Origin: Candidatus Bathyarchaeota archaeon
GTDB taxonomy: Archaea; Thermoproteota; Bathyarchaeia; Bathyarchaeales; Bathycorpusculaceae
NCBI GenBank assembly: GCA_963775895.1
Contig: CAVZKL010000009.1
Coordinates: forward strand, 32,001-96,000
Direction of reading: 5' to 3'
Length of the DNA stretch: 64,000 nt
Shown: piece after piece, positions 31,653 to 42,025 of the stretch
Position numbering within the stretch: position 1 is the stretch's first letter
Layout: every line of letters begins with the position of its first letter
Notes under the pieces: generated by a model
What the model was told of the DNA's origin: nothing
The model's input: only the letters and a program-made list of their open reading frames with translations
Database searches by the model: none
Program-made: the position numbers and the translations under genes

Positions 31653-32898
31653 TTCAACGCCGATGGCACTTTGAAAAGCCAGCCCTTGATGAACTTGAAA
31701 GTCTCGCGAAGACCGCAGACTACGAAGTTGTTGGAAGACTGGAGCAAGTCAGAGAACCGGATGCACGTTATCAAATAGGCGCCGGAAAGGTTGAGGAACT
31801 AGCCGAACTCGTGAAGAAAAACGGCGCGGAAAAAGTCATATTCGACAACCTGCTAAGACCTCTTCAATCTTACAACCTTGCCAAAGCCACAAATGTTGAG
31901 GCCATCGACCGTTTTCAACTAATCCTCGAAATCTTTACGAGAAGAGCCACAACCACCGAAGCAAACCTACAAATTCGTTTAGCGAAACTCCAATATGATC
32001 TGACCCAAGCCAAAGAAAGAGTGAGACTTGCAAAGAGAGGAGAACAGCCAGGTTTCATGGGACTCGGAGCCTACGAAGTTGATGTTTACTACGAGAGCGT
32101 AAAAAGGGAAGTGCATGCAATACGACGAAAACTGAAGACTATCAGAGGAAAAAGAGTGTTACATCGAGAAAGAAGAACGGAACTGGGATTTACGACCATT
32201 TCACTGGCAGGATACACGAAGGCTGGAAAAAGCTGTTTGTTCAACTCTCTTGCAGAAGAAACCGTTCAGGTCGATGCATCATTGTTCACAACGCTTTCAA
32301 CGACGACACGGCTCGTGACTTTCTCGAAAAGGAAGTTTTTGCTCACGGATACCGTTGGCTTCATAGATCGGCTTCCACTAACGCTGATAGAGGCTTTTCG
32401 TTCAACACTCGAAGAGACAATATACTCCGACCTCTTACTTTTGATGGTTGACGCAAGTGAAACAATGGACACGATGGAAAGAAAACTCGGCACTTGTCTA
32501 GAAACGATAGACCGCATAGGAGCTTCCGGGATACCGACGATCACGGTACTGAACAAGATTGACCTAATATCGGCTGAAGAGACCCAGCAGAAAATCGAAC
32601 GCTTGAAAGATAAGGCTACGAGCTTGGTTCCCATATCGGCACTAAAAGGAACGAACATCGAACTTCTGAAGCACGAAATACTGAACCAGCTGAGAGACTA
32701 CGTGCGCGTATCATTTACGGCACAAATGAATAAGGAAACGATGCCCTTCATGGCGTGGCTTTTCAATAATGCCAACGTGCAACTGCAGAATACAAGTCGG
32801 ACTCGGTCCACGTGGTTTTCGAATCAAACCCAGCCTTCGCCGAAAAAGTCAGAAACCGCGTTCTGAAGGAATTTAACGGTAAGATCGAGAAAGTCTGA
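31630..32898 (+). CDS. hflX: GTPase HflX (start and 3' end affected by apparent indels)
   Basis: In-frame N-terminus ELESLAKTADY..IGAGKVEE, GYTKAGKS, FTTL, DTVGFI, NKID; C-terminus continues in a shifted frame to TGA at 32898. Confidence 0.9.
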
Positions 32899-32906
32899 GA
32901 GAAAAC

Positions 32907-33458
32907 ATGTCGAAAGTCGTCGTACTCCGATGGGGACACAGGCCACAAAGAGACGCAAGACTAACCACGCACGTTGCTTTGGTGGCCAGAGCTCTGGGAG
33001 CAGACGGTCTGCTGCTGTCAGACGTGGAAGATTCAAATATCAAAGATTCAATTGACAAAGTCACACGAGAATGGGGTGGCTCATTCTTTTTCGAAGCAGG
33101 AACGGGCTGGAAAAAGATCGTAAAAGAATGGAAAAGGAAGGGCGGTGTCATAGTCCACTTGACAGCATACGGAGAGAACATTCAGAGCAGCAACGTAATG
33201 GAACGTATCAAACAATCTGGGAAAGATTTGTTGATCATAGTTGGAAGCCAAAAAGTGCCTGGAGAGTTCTTCTCCAAAGAAGTGTCAGATTTCAATGTGG
33301 CCGTCGGAAACCAGCCTCATTCAGAGTGCGCAAGCCTTGCAGTTTTTCTTGACCGCTTCTTCAATGGAGAAGAATTGGCGAGAAAATTCGACAAAGCCAA
33401 GATGAGTATCATTCCCCAAGAAAGAGGAAAGAAGACGAATCATGAAAATTCAACGTGA
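32907..33458 (+). CDS. trm56: tRNA (cytidine(56)-2'-O)-methyltransferase
   Basis: GHRPQRD.R.TTHV.L.ARA.GA, VHLT.YG, NQPHSE. Confidence 0.93.
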   Translation: MSKVVVLRWGHRPQRDARLTTHVALVARALGADGLLLSDVEDSNIKDSIDKVTREWGGSFFFEAGTGWKKIVKEWKRKGGVIVHLTAYGENIQSSNVMERIKQSGKDLLIIVGSQKVPGEFFSKEVSDFNVAVGNQPHSECASLAVFLDRFFNGEELARKFDKAKMSIIPQERGKKTNHENST

Positions 33459-33504
33459 GACTTCACTTTTCTTTTCGTAAAGAGATTTAAAGTCGAACCG
33501 GGTA

Positions 33505-33513
33505 CTTATATAT
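33505..33513 (+). promoter_or_regulatory. Candidate TATA box upstream of tfe
   Basis: CTTATATAT about 45 bp upstream of the ATG at 33555. Confidence 0.45.
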
Positions 33514-33554
33514 CATAGAGAGTAGTGTTGAAAAGGAGAAACAAAAGGACTAAC

Positions 33555-34067
33555 ATGTTATCAAACATCGATGACGCAACTCTAACAAGAGTTGCCCAAG
33601 CACTCGGCGAAGATGATGCGATCAAACTCATCGAAATCCTCAAAAACGCTGAGGAAACGACAGACGATGAGATAGCCACGAAGACGGGCATAAGGTTGAA
33701 TTCCGTCCGCAAGATCCTCTACAAGCTTTATGATCATTCTCTTGTGAGCCTACGAAGAACACGCGATCCTAAGACTGGCTGGTTCGTTTTCCATTGGAGA
33801 TTACAGTCAGACCAGCTGGAAGGCTTCATCCAGAGCCAGAAACGACGAGTCCTTGAAAAACTCGACATTCGCCTTGAATTTGAGAAAAACCATGACTTCT
33901 ACTACTGTTACACGCCAGGATGTAAGCGGGTACCTTTTGAAGATGCCGTTGAACTGGTTTTCAAATGCCCGACATGCGCAAAGCCCTTGATGCACTATGA
34001 CAATGAAAAAACTCTTGAAGTGCTGTCAAAGAAGGTCGAAATCCTAAGGAAGGAGCTCGGTGAGTGA
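33555..34067 (+). CDS. tfe: Transcription factor E (TFE alpha)
   Basis: TDDEIA..TGI.LN.VRKILYKL wHTH, TGWFVFHW, FKCPTC Zn ribbon. Confidence 0.95.
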   Translation: MLSNIDDATLTRVAQALGEDDAIKLIEILKNAEETTDDEIATKTGIRLNSVRKILYKLYDHSLVSLRRTRDPKTGWFVFHWRLQSDQLEGFIQSQKRRVLEKLDIRLEFEKNHDFYYCYTPGCKRVPFEDAVELVFKCPTCAKPLMHYDNEKTLEVLSKKVEILRKELGE

Positions 34068-34599
34068 TCGGCTTCCTACAAGGGAACAGGCACTGAGATT
34101 TCTTAGGCAGAGTGGATGCAAACAGAACGTAATAAGGCATGTCGAAGTGGTTTCTGAACTGGCTTGCGAAATCGCAGAAGCCTGTAGAGAAAATGGACAC
34201 CCAGTTGATTTAAAGCTCGTGGAAGTAGGCGCACTTCTCCATGATATTGGAAGAGGCAAGACCCACACGGTACATCACGCGGTTGTGGGAGCCCAAATAG
34301 CCACATCCTTGGGCTTGCCCGAGCAGGTAGTATCGATAATAAAGAAGCATGTTGGCGGAGGAATAACAGCTAAAGAGGCCAAAAGACTCGGATGGCCCAA
34401 AGACGTTTACGTTCCACAGACGCTTGAAGAAAAAATTGTATGCTACGCAGATAAGCTTGTCGAGGGCTCACGTCGCATCCCAATAGAGAAAACAGCCAGG
34501 CAATTCGAACAGGAACTGCCGCGATCCGCAGTCGAAAGAATATGGAAACTTCACGAAGAGATGTTAACACTAGTCGGCGATTGCGATTGCCTTCCGTGA
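34060..34599 (+). CDS. HD-domain hydrolase (HDIG, TIGR00295-like)
   Basis: LLHDIG, H.G.GI, P.TLEEKIV.YADKL; usual synteny after tfe. Confidence 0.88.
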   Translation: MSDRLPTREQALRFLRQSGCKQNVIRHVEVVSELACEIAEACRENGHPVDLKLVEVGALLHDIGRGKTHTVHHAVVGAQIATSLGLPEQVVSIIKKHVGGGITAKEAKRLGWPKDVYVPQTLEEKIVCYADKLVEGSRRIPIEKTARQFEQELPRSAVERIWKLHEEMLTLVGDCDCLP

Positions 34600-35372
34600 C
34601 TTTGCTGGCAAGAGCCCGCAACGATTTCCTGCTGCGTCAAGCTGAAGGAAATCTGAAATCTGTCCTCAAAACGCTAGAAGTTAAGTTAGACATATCACGT
34701 GCGAATGCTCAAGGATGGATAAAAGTTTCGATTTCTGGCGAGGACGAGAAAGTCGCGCTGCAATATTTGACCGAGAAAATCGGACTGTGTCCGGTGGAAC
34801 TGGAGAAGATCGCCAAGTTCTCAACGTTCAAAGGGTTCATAACAGATGGACAACATAATAAAAATGAACTCCGCGTGGACATAGGGGTCTTTGCCCCTGA
34901 GCGTGTCGACGCGTCGATTCCTTTGTGCTGTCTGCAAGCCCAGCTTGGCGATGGAAGAAAAATAGCCATTACCAAACTGTGTGAACTGTTCGGTCTACGA
35001 GAGAACGTTCCTTTGGACATAAGAATTACAAATGTCGATTTTCAGAAAAGATAGATAGAAGCCGAATTTTCAGACAAACAACAGAAGCAGTTTTCAGATT
35101 GGACGCAGTCGATGTTGGACCGACTGTTGATAATTGGCGCCTCCTATTCTGAAATCAAATCAACGATAAGGAAATTGCAGATCGATCGTGATGTCGTCAA
35201 GATTGAGACGCTTGGAATGTTCGAGTATGCAGTTGTTTGCAAACTTGGAACTGATGCTGCGGGACTGATCCCGAAAATCGGCAAGAATCTTGAGAGAGCC
35301 GTTTTTACGGTTTTCAACCCGAGGAACATCCTAAGACTCTTGGGGTCCGAAATTACGCTCTCTACTTTCTAG
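34587..35372 (+). CDS. DUF2110 family protein with an in-frame TAG at 35052-35054
   Basis: Two track ORFs lie in the same frame, separated only by TAG; I.GED, VDIG, CKLGTDAAGLIPKIG; tfe-HD-DUF2110 synteny. Confidence 0.75.
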
Positions 35373-36270
35373 AAACCAGATACACGCCTGCGAACATGAT
35401 GAGACCACCTACTGCGGTGAACAATGTCAGGGTCTCTCCTCCGAACTTCGTCGCAAACAGCACGGTGATCAGTGGTTCTGCAAAAAGAAATGAACTGACA
35501 ACCGCCGCTTTGACTTGACTGGCAACATTGAACCAGATGAAGTATCCTGCCAATGAACACGTGAGAGCTAAGAAAAGAATGGCCGCCCAACTTTGAAGAC
35601 TCATCGACAGCAGTTTGCCAAGCGAACCCTCGATCAGAGAGAATGGAATCAAACACAGACCGCCCAAGATGCTTGCGTAAGCCGAAACCAGGAACGGGCT
35701 ATATTTCTGCATCATCGTCTTACCAGAGAGAGTGAATGTTGTCCAGAGAATCGGTGTCAGAAGCAGGACCAGGGTTCCTAGAATAAAATTCAGGTTGGTT
35801 CGCAGCTGCATTGACCCGCCTGCTATGATCGTGAACGTTCCTATAGCAGCTATTACGATCCCGAGAATTTGCCTACGCGCCAGATTTTCTTTGAACAGCA
35901 CCGAAGAAAGAACCGTTATGAATAGGGGAGATAGAAGGCAGACCATTATTGCGGCAATAGAGGAGTTTGCCATTTCAATGCCCGTATATTGTGCGATGAA
36001 AAAGAAGGTGATGCCTGTGAAGGCAAGGACAAAGAGTCGCGGTATGTCTTTCCGGGCAACAGATAGTTCATATTTTCTGTTCCGAATCTTGTTTGCGCCC
36101 AATACTGCGAGAAACATTGGACTGGCCACTAGAAACCTGGCGGTTGCGATTGCGGTGGGTGTTACACCTTCATTTAGCGGTATTATTACCACCACGAAGG
36201 AGCCGCCCCAAACTGTTATTACGAGCATCATCAGAAAAGCGTTGAGCGGGGTTATCGTTCGAGTTGACAT
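35362..36270 (-). CDS. DMT/EamA family transporter
   Basis: About 10 TM in two repeats, WGGSFV, A.ARF, EP. Confidence 0.9.
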   Translation of the reverse strand: MSTRTITPLNAFLMMLVITVWGGSFVVVIIPLNEGVTPTAIATARFLVASPMFLAVLGANKIRNRKYELSVARKDIPRLFVLAFTGITFFFIAQYTGIEMANSSIAAIMVCLLSPLFITVLSSVLFKENLARRQILGIVIAAIGTFTIIAGGSMQLRTNLNFILGTLVLLLTPILWTTFTLSGKTMMQKYSPFLVSAYASILGGLCLIPFSLIEGSLGKLLSMSLQSWAAILFLALTCSLAGYFIWFNVASQVKAAVVSSFLFAEPLITVLFATKFGGETLTLFTAVGGLIMFAGVYLVSRK

Positions 36271-36368
36271 GTGAAAGAACTCGCGCTTGTTAGGGGATGA
36301 TTTGATGAAAGATGAACATTCGCGACAAACCTTATGGTGCTCTGCTTGATGGAGTCTTCATGGAACGT

Positions 36369-36770
36369 CTATTGTCTTTCTATCAGCTCGATCAATGTTC
36401 CATCTGGATCTTCTATGAACGCTATTACTGGCCCGGTTGGACCTAACTTGTACGGTTCATCAGTGATAGTGATCCTGTTTTTCTGCATTATGGCAATCGT
36501 TTGCTTCATGTCTTTGATCTCAAAGGCAATGTGGTCAAACACCCTTTCTTCGTATTCTGCCTGAACGAATTTCTTCTGTTTCCTGAACCAGGTCAACTCT
36601 AGCCTCGCACCTTTTCCTTCAGGGTCCTGCAGAAAAGCAATTTCGGCGTCATTTTGTGGGATTTCTCGCCGGCTCAACAGTTTAAGTCCCATCAACCTGT
36701 TGTAGAAGTCAATCGACTTATCCATGTTGCTCGTTCTAACACTCGTGTGAGCAAATATCATCAAATTCAC
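36369..36770 (-). CDS. VOC/glyoxalase I family protein
   Basis: HTSVR..NMDKSIDFY, LELT, HIAF, FIEDPDG.LIELI. Confidence 0.92.
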   Translation of the reverse strand: MNLMIFAHTSVRTSNMDKSIDFYNRLMGLKLLSRREIPQNDAEIAFLQDPEGKGARLELTWFRKQKKFVQAEYEERVFDHIAFEIKDMKQTIAIMQKNRITITDEPYKLGPTGPVIAFIEDPDGTLIELIERQ

Positions 36771-37470
36771 CCGTGTACAGTGTAGTTGCCGACTATATAG
36801 AAATGATGCCAGAACAAGGTCAGGCGTGCGCGGGCCAGAGACTTGGAATCCTTTCGGGAACTGAGAAGAAGAGTCGCGGAACTGGCCAACAACTGGAAAC
36901 GTAGAAACATTTTCGGAGAATTATTCGCTGTTTTTTCAGCCATTGTGTACCTCCCCTCCTCGTTTTCAATGTATCATGAATATTAGGATCCAAATATGAG
37001 TGGCTTTTTGCTGCACTTTAGGGTTAGAACCTTGACCCAATAACATCATGAGGGATCCGACTTGGAAACAACATGTCGAAAGCGTTTACCGCTACGAGTA
37101 TACGTAGATTCTGTTACAAGAAATTCCTGAGATGGTGGGACAAGCCATAAGAATCGTAATGACTTAGTTATACCTAAAGAGAAGAATCGTTCATCAAGAA
37201 AGACGAATCTTGTTCTTTTGTGAGAAGTAGGTGGTTACATGCGGAAGAAAGGAGAAACATCAGTACAAGATCGAACACGGCCTCAACCTCGGAAGAAGAA
37301 GGAAAGAGAAAAGCAGCGTAAGGATAAAAAGCTTGCCAGACTTGAAAGGCAACAGTCCAGATAGGCTTAGTTAGTGTACGATGTCTTGGCACGAATGATG
37401 CGAAACGCACGCGCGCGCTCCCACAAATGATAGATAGATTTAATATATCTTACCCGTGCAACAAACACGT

Positions 37471-38010
37471 ATGCCAAAAGGGATCAAAGCAGTTATTCTC
37501 ACCGCCGATAAGTTTGAGGACATGGAGTTGTTCTTTCCATATTTCCGCTTACTCGAAGAAGGGGTAGAGGTCGATATAGCTGCGCCCAAGAAGGGACATA
37601 TCGAAGGAGAGCACGGTTACGGAGTCGAAGTCGATAAGAGCTTTGACGATATCCAATCGGATGATTATGATCTATTGTTGATTCCTGGCGGGTCGCCAGA
37701 TGGAGCCCCGTCGGTGGTTAGGAAGGACACCAGGGCTCAAGCCATTGCAAAGTCGTTTTTCAACTCCAACAAACCCGTTTCCTCTATCTGTCATGGTCCT
37801 TGGCTCTTGGCTTCCTCAGGCCTGGTAAATGGAAGACGCTTGACTTCTTACTGGCATGATGGCGTTCCAGAGGACATAAAGAAAGCAGGCGGCATATACG
37901 AGGACAAAGAAGTAGTTGTTGACGGTAACCTTGTCACGTCACGCTATCCTGGGGATTTGCCCGCATTCATGCGAGAAACAATACGGATGGTCAACAGGAT
38001 CAAAAAATAG
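37471..38010 (+). CDS. PfpI/DJ-1 family protein (deglycase/protease I-like)
   Basis: FEDMEL, IPGG, ICHGPW nucleophile elbow, VVDGNLVTSR.P.D. Confidence 0.93.
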   Translation: MPKGIKAVILTADKFEDMELFFPYFRLLEEGVEVDIAAPKKGHIEGEHGYGVEVDKSFDDIQSDDYDLLLIPGGSPDGAPSVVRKDTRAQAIAKSFFNSNKPVSSICHGPWLLASSGLVNGRRLTSYWHDGVPEDIKKAGGIYEDKEVVVDGNLVTSRYPGDLPAFMRETIRMVNRIKK

Positions 38011-38043
38011 TCTATGGAAACGTCCGGAACAGAATTTCCATGC

Positions 38044-38079
38044 TTGGTTGATGGATAAAACTTTACCCCAACCAACCAA
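38044..38079 (+). repeat. Island repeat site S1
   Basis: TTGGTTGATGGATA-AAACTT-TACCCCAACCAACCAA imperfect palindrome. Confidence 0.85.
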
Positions 38080-38138
38080 AGTCTTGATTTCAGTGTGGAA
38101 CATAATCTTTAATTAGATATTGTTACGATTTCCTGTGT

Positions 38139-38396
38139 ATGGTGACTGAGAAGGAGAAGCGTCGCCTGAGACTTTACGGTGTCATCATAGTTTTGGTAAG
38201 CATCTGGGCGTTTTTCTTTGGATCAGGAAGAGGAATATTGGCACAGTACTCCTATCTGGTTTGGGGGGCACCTATACTGGCTCTTGGAGCCGCAGTCGTC
38301 ATTATCAGCTATCTCCTGCCTTCAAAAGAGACATCCCGAAAAGAGAACCTGAAAAACATTCAACCAGCCAAGAACCAAGCACAGCAGGTTGAATGA
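38139..38396 (+). CDS. Small two-TM membrane protein
   Basis: 85 aa with two hydrophobic helices; TATA-like CTTTAATT upstream; lies between S1 and S2. Confidence 0.7.
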   Translation: MVTEKEKRRLRLYGVIIVLVSIWAFFFGSGRGILAQYSYLVWGAPILALGAAVVIISYLLPSKETSRKENLKNIQPAKNQAQQVE

Positions 38397-38425
38397 AGCC
38401 TAAGCCACTTATTAGTAGAAAGACG

Positions 38426-38465
38426 GTTTGGGTTTGGGGGTAAACTTTACCCCAATCAACCAAAC
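38426..38465 (+). repeat. Island repeat site S2
   Basis: GTTTGGGTTTGGGGGTA-AACTT-TACCCCAATCAACCAAAC followed by GCGCGCGC. Confidence 0.85.
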
Positions 38466-38543
38466 GCGCGCGCTGTGGTCAACGTTAGAGTAAAGCTTAA
38501 TTGAGTGTTTTGTTCTGAGGCAATTAGGTTGGAGGTGGATTTC

Positions 38544-39029
38544 TTGAACCTTTTTGGGCATAAGACAGAACCTAAGGTTCTGTTGACTTATGATGTGATG
38601 ATGAAATGCAAGTGCGGAGTGTGTCCAGTCCAAGCTAATAGTGCGTGTGCCAAACCTAAGATAATGGCTAGAGATGAAATGATGAAGAACCCGAGCTCTG
38701 AAATAAAGAGGATCATGACCCCTGGAATGATGCAGAACCTGGAAATGATGAAGAACATGAGCCCTGAAATGATGAAGAACATGTCAAAAGAACAGATGAA
38801 GAACTTGAGCGATGAAATGATGAAGAACACGCCAAGAGAACAGATTGCGACTATGATGCCTAAAGTGGAAGATATGCCTGGGCCTTATTGTGCTAACGGT
38901 GTTGCAGTCTGTAAAGACCTTGATTTCAGCAAGACGTGCATTTGCAGCGGGTGCCAGGTTTTCAAGGACTTTAGTCTCATGAAAGGTAAACCAATGAGCT
39001 ACTTCTGTAAAGACGGCAAAGCTATATAA
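38544..39029 (+). CDS. DUF2769-like Cys-rich protein with Met-rich repeat insertion
   Basis: CKCGVCPV..SAC, YCANG..VC, CICSGCQV, YFC..G; SD GGAGGTG before TTG; poly-T after the stop. Confidence 0.75.
   Translation: MNLFGHKTEPKVLLTYDVMMKCKCGVCPVQANSACAKPKIMARDEMMKNPSSEIKRIMTPGMMQNLEMMKNMSPEMMKNMSKEQMKNLSDEMMKNTPREQIATMMPKVEDMPGPYCANGVAVCKDLDFSKTCICSGCQVFKDFSLMKGKPMSYFCKDGKAI
38742..38830 (+). repeat. About 4 x 24-bp coding tandem repeat (EMMKNMSx)
   Basis: GAAATGATGAAGAACATGAGCCCT and variants. Confidence 0.85.
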
Positions 39030-39038
39030 TTTTTTTTC
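39030..39038 (+). terminator. Archaeal poly-T terminator
   Basis: T-tract immediately after the stop of the DUF2769-like gene. Confidence 0.55.
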
Positions 39039-39183
39039 CACACCTTTCTTCATCCGCATCTCCATCCACGTGGCCCTAGCCGTTTTTTGATTAGATTTCA
39101 GTCCTACCAACCAAGAACTAGGTGTAGAGCTTCCAATGGAGCAAGTTATCTTCCGCTAAAAGTGAAAGACCTTCTTCGCTTGA

Positions 39184-39219
39184 TTGTTGTTGGATAAAAC
39201 TTCCCCCAAACCAACAACA
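39184..39219 (+). repeat. Island repeat site S4, upstream of intN copy a
   Basis: TTGTTGTTGGATA-AAACTT-CCCCCAAACCAACAACA. Confidence 0.8.
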
Positions 39220-39268
39220 GACTTGTAACGAAGAACTTCCCCTCGCCCCCGCCCGGGTGCAAGCGCAA

Positions 39269-40331
39269 ATGTCTAACAAACATAATGTCGTATTGTATCT
39301 AGACAAGAAATTGGTTGAAAAGGCTCGTAGTTTTGGCTTCAATCTCAGTAAGACCTTCGAAAATCGCTTGAAACACTTGTTGACGCAATTTTCACAGGTC
39401 AATTCTTTGAACAGCACTGAAAACAATAGTAATCTTGGTGATTGGTGGGCCGAGCCGGACTTGAACCGGCGACCTTTGGCTCGTAAAGCCCCAGAATCAC
39501 CATCAGAAAATGAAAGTCAAATGCTTGAGCGATTTCATGACTTTCAAATTGTCGACTTGAGAAGAAACAAAAGAACAGCTTACGAAAAAAGTCTGGTTCA
39601 CAAAGAGACTACTCAAAGCGGTTGCGAAAAGTCCTAATGACATTACGGCAGATAACTTGAGAGGTTACTTGAAAACACTTGAAGGTTACAGTGCATCTTA
39701 CTACAAAAATGCGTTGACGGCTCTAAAAGTGTTTTTCAGAGACTTCTTGAAGATGCCTGAAGTTGTTGAGACTAAGTTTCCACATCAAATCTTCAGACCA
39801 AAACAGATTCTGAGCAGAGAACAACTGAGACAGTTTTACTCGTGTCTTGAAACAGCGAAAGAGAAAGCATTATTCATGTTGTATGCGACGACTGGGTTGA
39901 GAAGAGAAGAAATTCTATCACTCAAATCCGAAAACATTGACTTCAGTAAACGAATGATAATACCAAACAATCATGACGGTGAAACTAAGAAGTCATGGGT
40001 CAGCTTTTACAATGAAGAAGCAGAACAAGTACTGCAGGAATACATGAAAACAAAGAAGCCTTCTAGAAGTCAGAGATTATTCCCGATGCAGAGAGACGAA
40101 GTTGTTGAGCTATGGAAATCTGCCAGAGAAGAGATCAATATTGACATTACGCCACAGAAGCTGCGTCAATGGTTCTGTTCAGAAATGTTAAGGTTAGGCG
40201 TATCTGAAACTTATGTTGATGCTTTCTGTGGTAGAGTGCCGAAGTCAGTCTTAGCCAGACATTATGCCGACTTCTCGCCGCAAAAACTCGAAGAAATCTA
40301 CGAGAAAGCTAATGTCAAGATTCTATCATAG
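39269..40331 (+). CDS. int: SSV-type tyrosine integrase with RHH/CcdA-like N-terminus and an internal tRNA-derived att (one extra A in the A6 run at 39585-39590)
   Basis: Removing one A joins ..AYEK|VWFTKRLL..ITADNLRGYL into an ORF of about 353 aa; catalytic TGLR, QKLR, CGR, RHY. Confidence 0.88.
39443..39490 (-). repeat. att site: 48-bp copy of the tRNA-Val 3' portion inside int
   Basis: 46/48 identical to 46661-46708, including anticodon loop, T-arm and CCA. Confidence 0.93.
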
Positions 40332-40344
40332 GCGCGCGCGAGGA

Positions 40345-42025
40345 CTAGGTTTCTGCTTTTCTCAATAGTTCTTCAGCGTTCTTAACTGAGATACGGTAGA
40401 AGATCAAGGTTATGACGGCAGCGATTATTGAGCTCAACACAACAGCTACATAGAGGTCCATAAAAGGTTGAGCCAGACTTGGGACAAAAGATGAAAGCAG
40501 ATACGGCGCGAAAGGAACCAGTATTGCTATTGCCACGAGGAAACATAAGATCAGGTTGATGAAGCCCTGCAAAGTTCGAATCATTCTCGGTCGAGGAACT
40601 TCAGTAAAGTCGGCTCCCTTTATGCCGTTCGACAATGAAATAGATCCCAATGTGAACGCCAAGAAGATCGATTCAAGCAGTGCCACAAAAACAGTCCTTA
40701 GGGAAGGGTGAAAAGCTATGAATCCAACGGTGCCTGTGACAACCAAAATTGCGAGTGAGAAGAAGATTATGAAAAAGTACTTGCTCTTCACAAGACTCTT
40801 GGGGGAAATCGGAGATGAGTAGATCCGCCAGATTGTCATTCCTTCTTCACCTATCATGAACGTACCCAGCATTGTCGCCATAGCAGCGCTCGGAAGGAGG
40901 AAAACTAAAGCAACCAAAAACAATGATGCTTCGGTCGGAACTGGTCTCCCCATTTGGCCTAGAGCCCTGCATGATTGGTGCCAAGATGATTACTATTGGT
41001 AGTATGAAAACAACCATCAACTCTCGACGACGAGTAAACGCCTTCAGATCCTTTCTGATCAGCGCACCCTCTGTCGTAGAAAAACCTAGTCTGCCGAGTA
41101 GACCAATTTTTGGTGCGTAAACGCTTCGTGATACCGTGATAGCAGGAGGCTCGTAAAGTCCGTACCTTCCGTTAAGGAAAGTGGCAAGGTAGAACAAGGC
41201 AGCTATGAATCCGAGGGAAAGAACCACGAAAGCGATGCCCTGCAAAATCAACCCATTTAGGAAACTGTACAGCGTCATACCCAACCACACAAAAGGTATA
41301 AACCAAATCGCGCTCTGCGCCGACGCAATAGTCTGCACCAGGTAAATTCCTCCTGAGCCCGAAACCACGTAGAAATATACGATATAGAATACCAAAAAAA
41401 GCAGCAGGGAACCCACGAACCTCACCCAAATCGCGGCTCGACCAGTGGACTTGTAGATTGCGCCTATGAATCTGACCTGTAGGACTCTGAAAACCTCAGT
41501 CACTGCACTGGCCATGAAAGCAGAGGCACATACGGCGAGGATTGTTGCTGCTGCGGCGGCGACCTGGCCAGTGAACGTGGAAAACAGGACTATGGCTGGT
41601 GCGATGAACAGTATTGAAACAAGCGGAATACCAAGAAGGTTGGTCAGAATGGATGCAAGAGTGTGCTCCCCCCAAGTGATGGGCAGCCAATAAGGCGCCT
41701 GAAGGGAAAACTTGGCTCCACTACGCTGAATCTGCTGCAACATAGTAAAAACTAGACTATAGATCAGCACCAGGGTCGGTAGACCAAGAAAAAGGCTCAA
41801 CATGCCTTGGTTAGCCAGAGCAGCAAAATTCGGATCAGTCGCCGAAGCTGAAACGTAAAACATACCCGCAAGTGCGCCCACCACCAGACCCAGAACCAAA
41901 GCCCCTCCGTAGAGCACATAAGTGAAGATTCTGCTCTCGCGAAATCTTGTCAGTCTCCTCCCTCTGAGAAATCGACCAGATTTCATGTCTATTCGCATAA
42001 GGTGCAGTACGTTCTTCCAGTTCAT
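40345..42025 (-). CDS. ABC-2 type transporter permease (frameshift near 40950)
   Basis: Two overlapping multi-TM ORFs; 'LIRKDLKAFTR', 'EG.TIWRIYSSPIS...LVKSK'; downstream of an ABC ATPase. Confidence 0.8.

Larger units (their letters stand above)
37133..39490. mobile_element. Remnant of an older integrated element (cargo plus intN copy a); left boundary uncertain
   Basis: Ends in an intN homolog fused to the att copy at 39443-39490; carries the same repeat sites as the element to its right; no intact left att or intC seen. Confidence 0.5.

Noticed and set aside
39269-39637. CcdA-like ORF as a stand-alone antitoxin of a TA pair
   Set aside because: No adjacent toxin, and the ORF continues through the att into the integrase core
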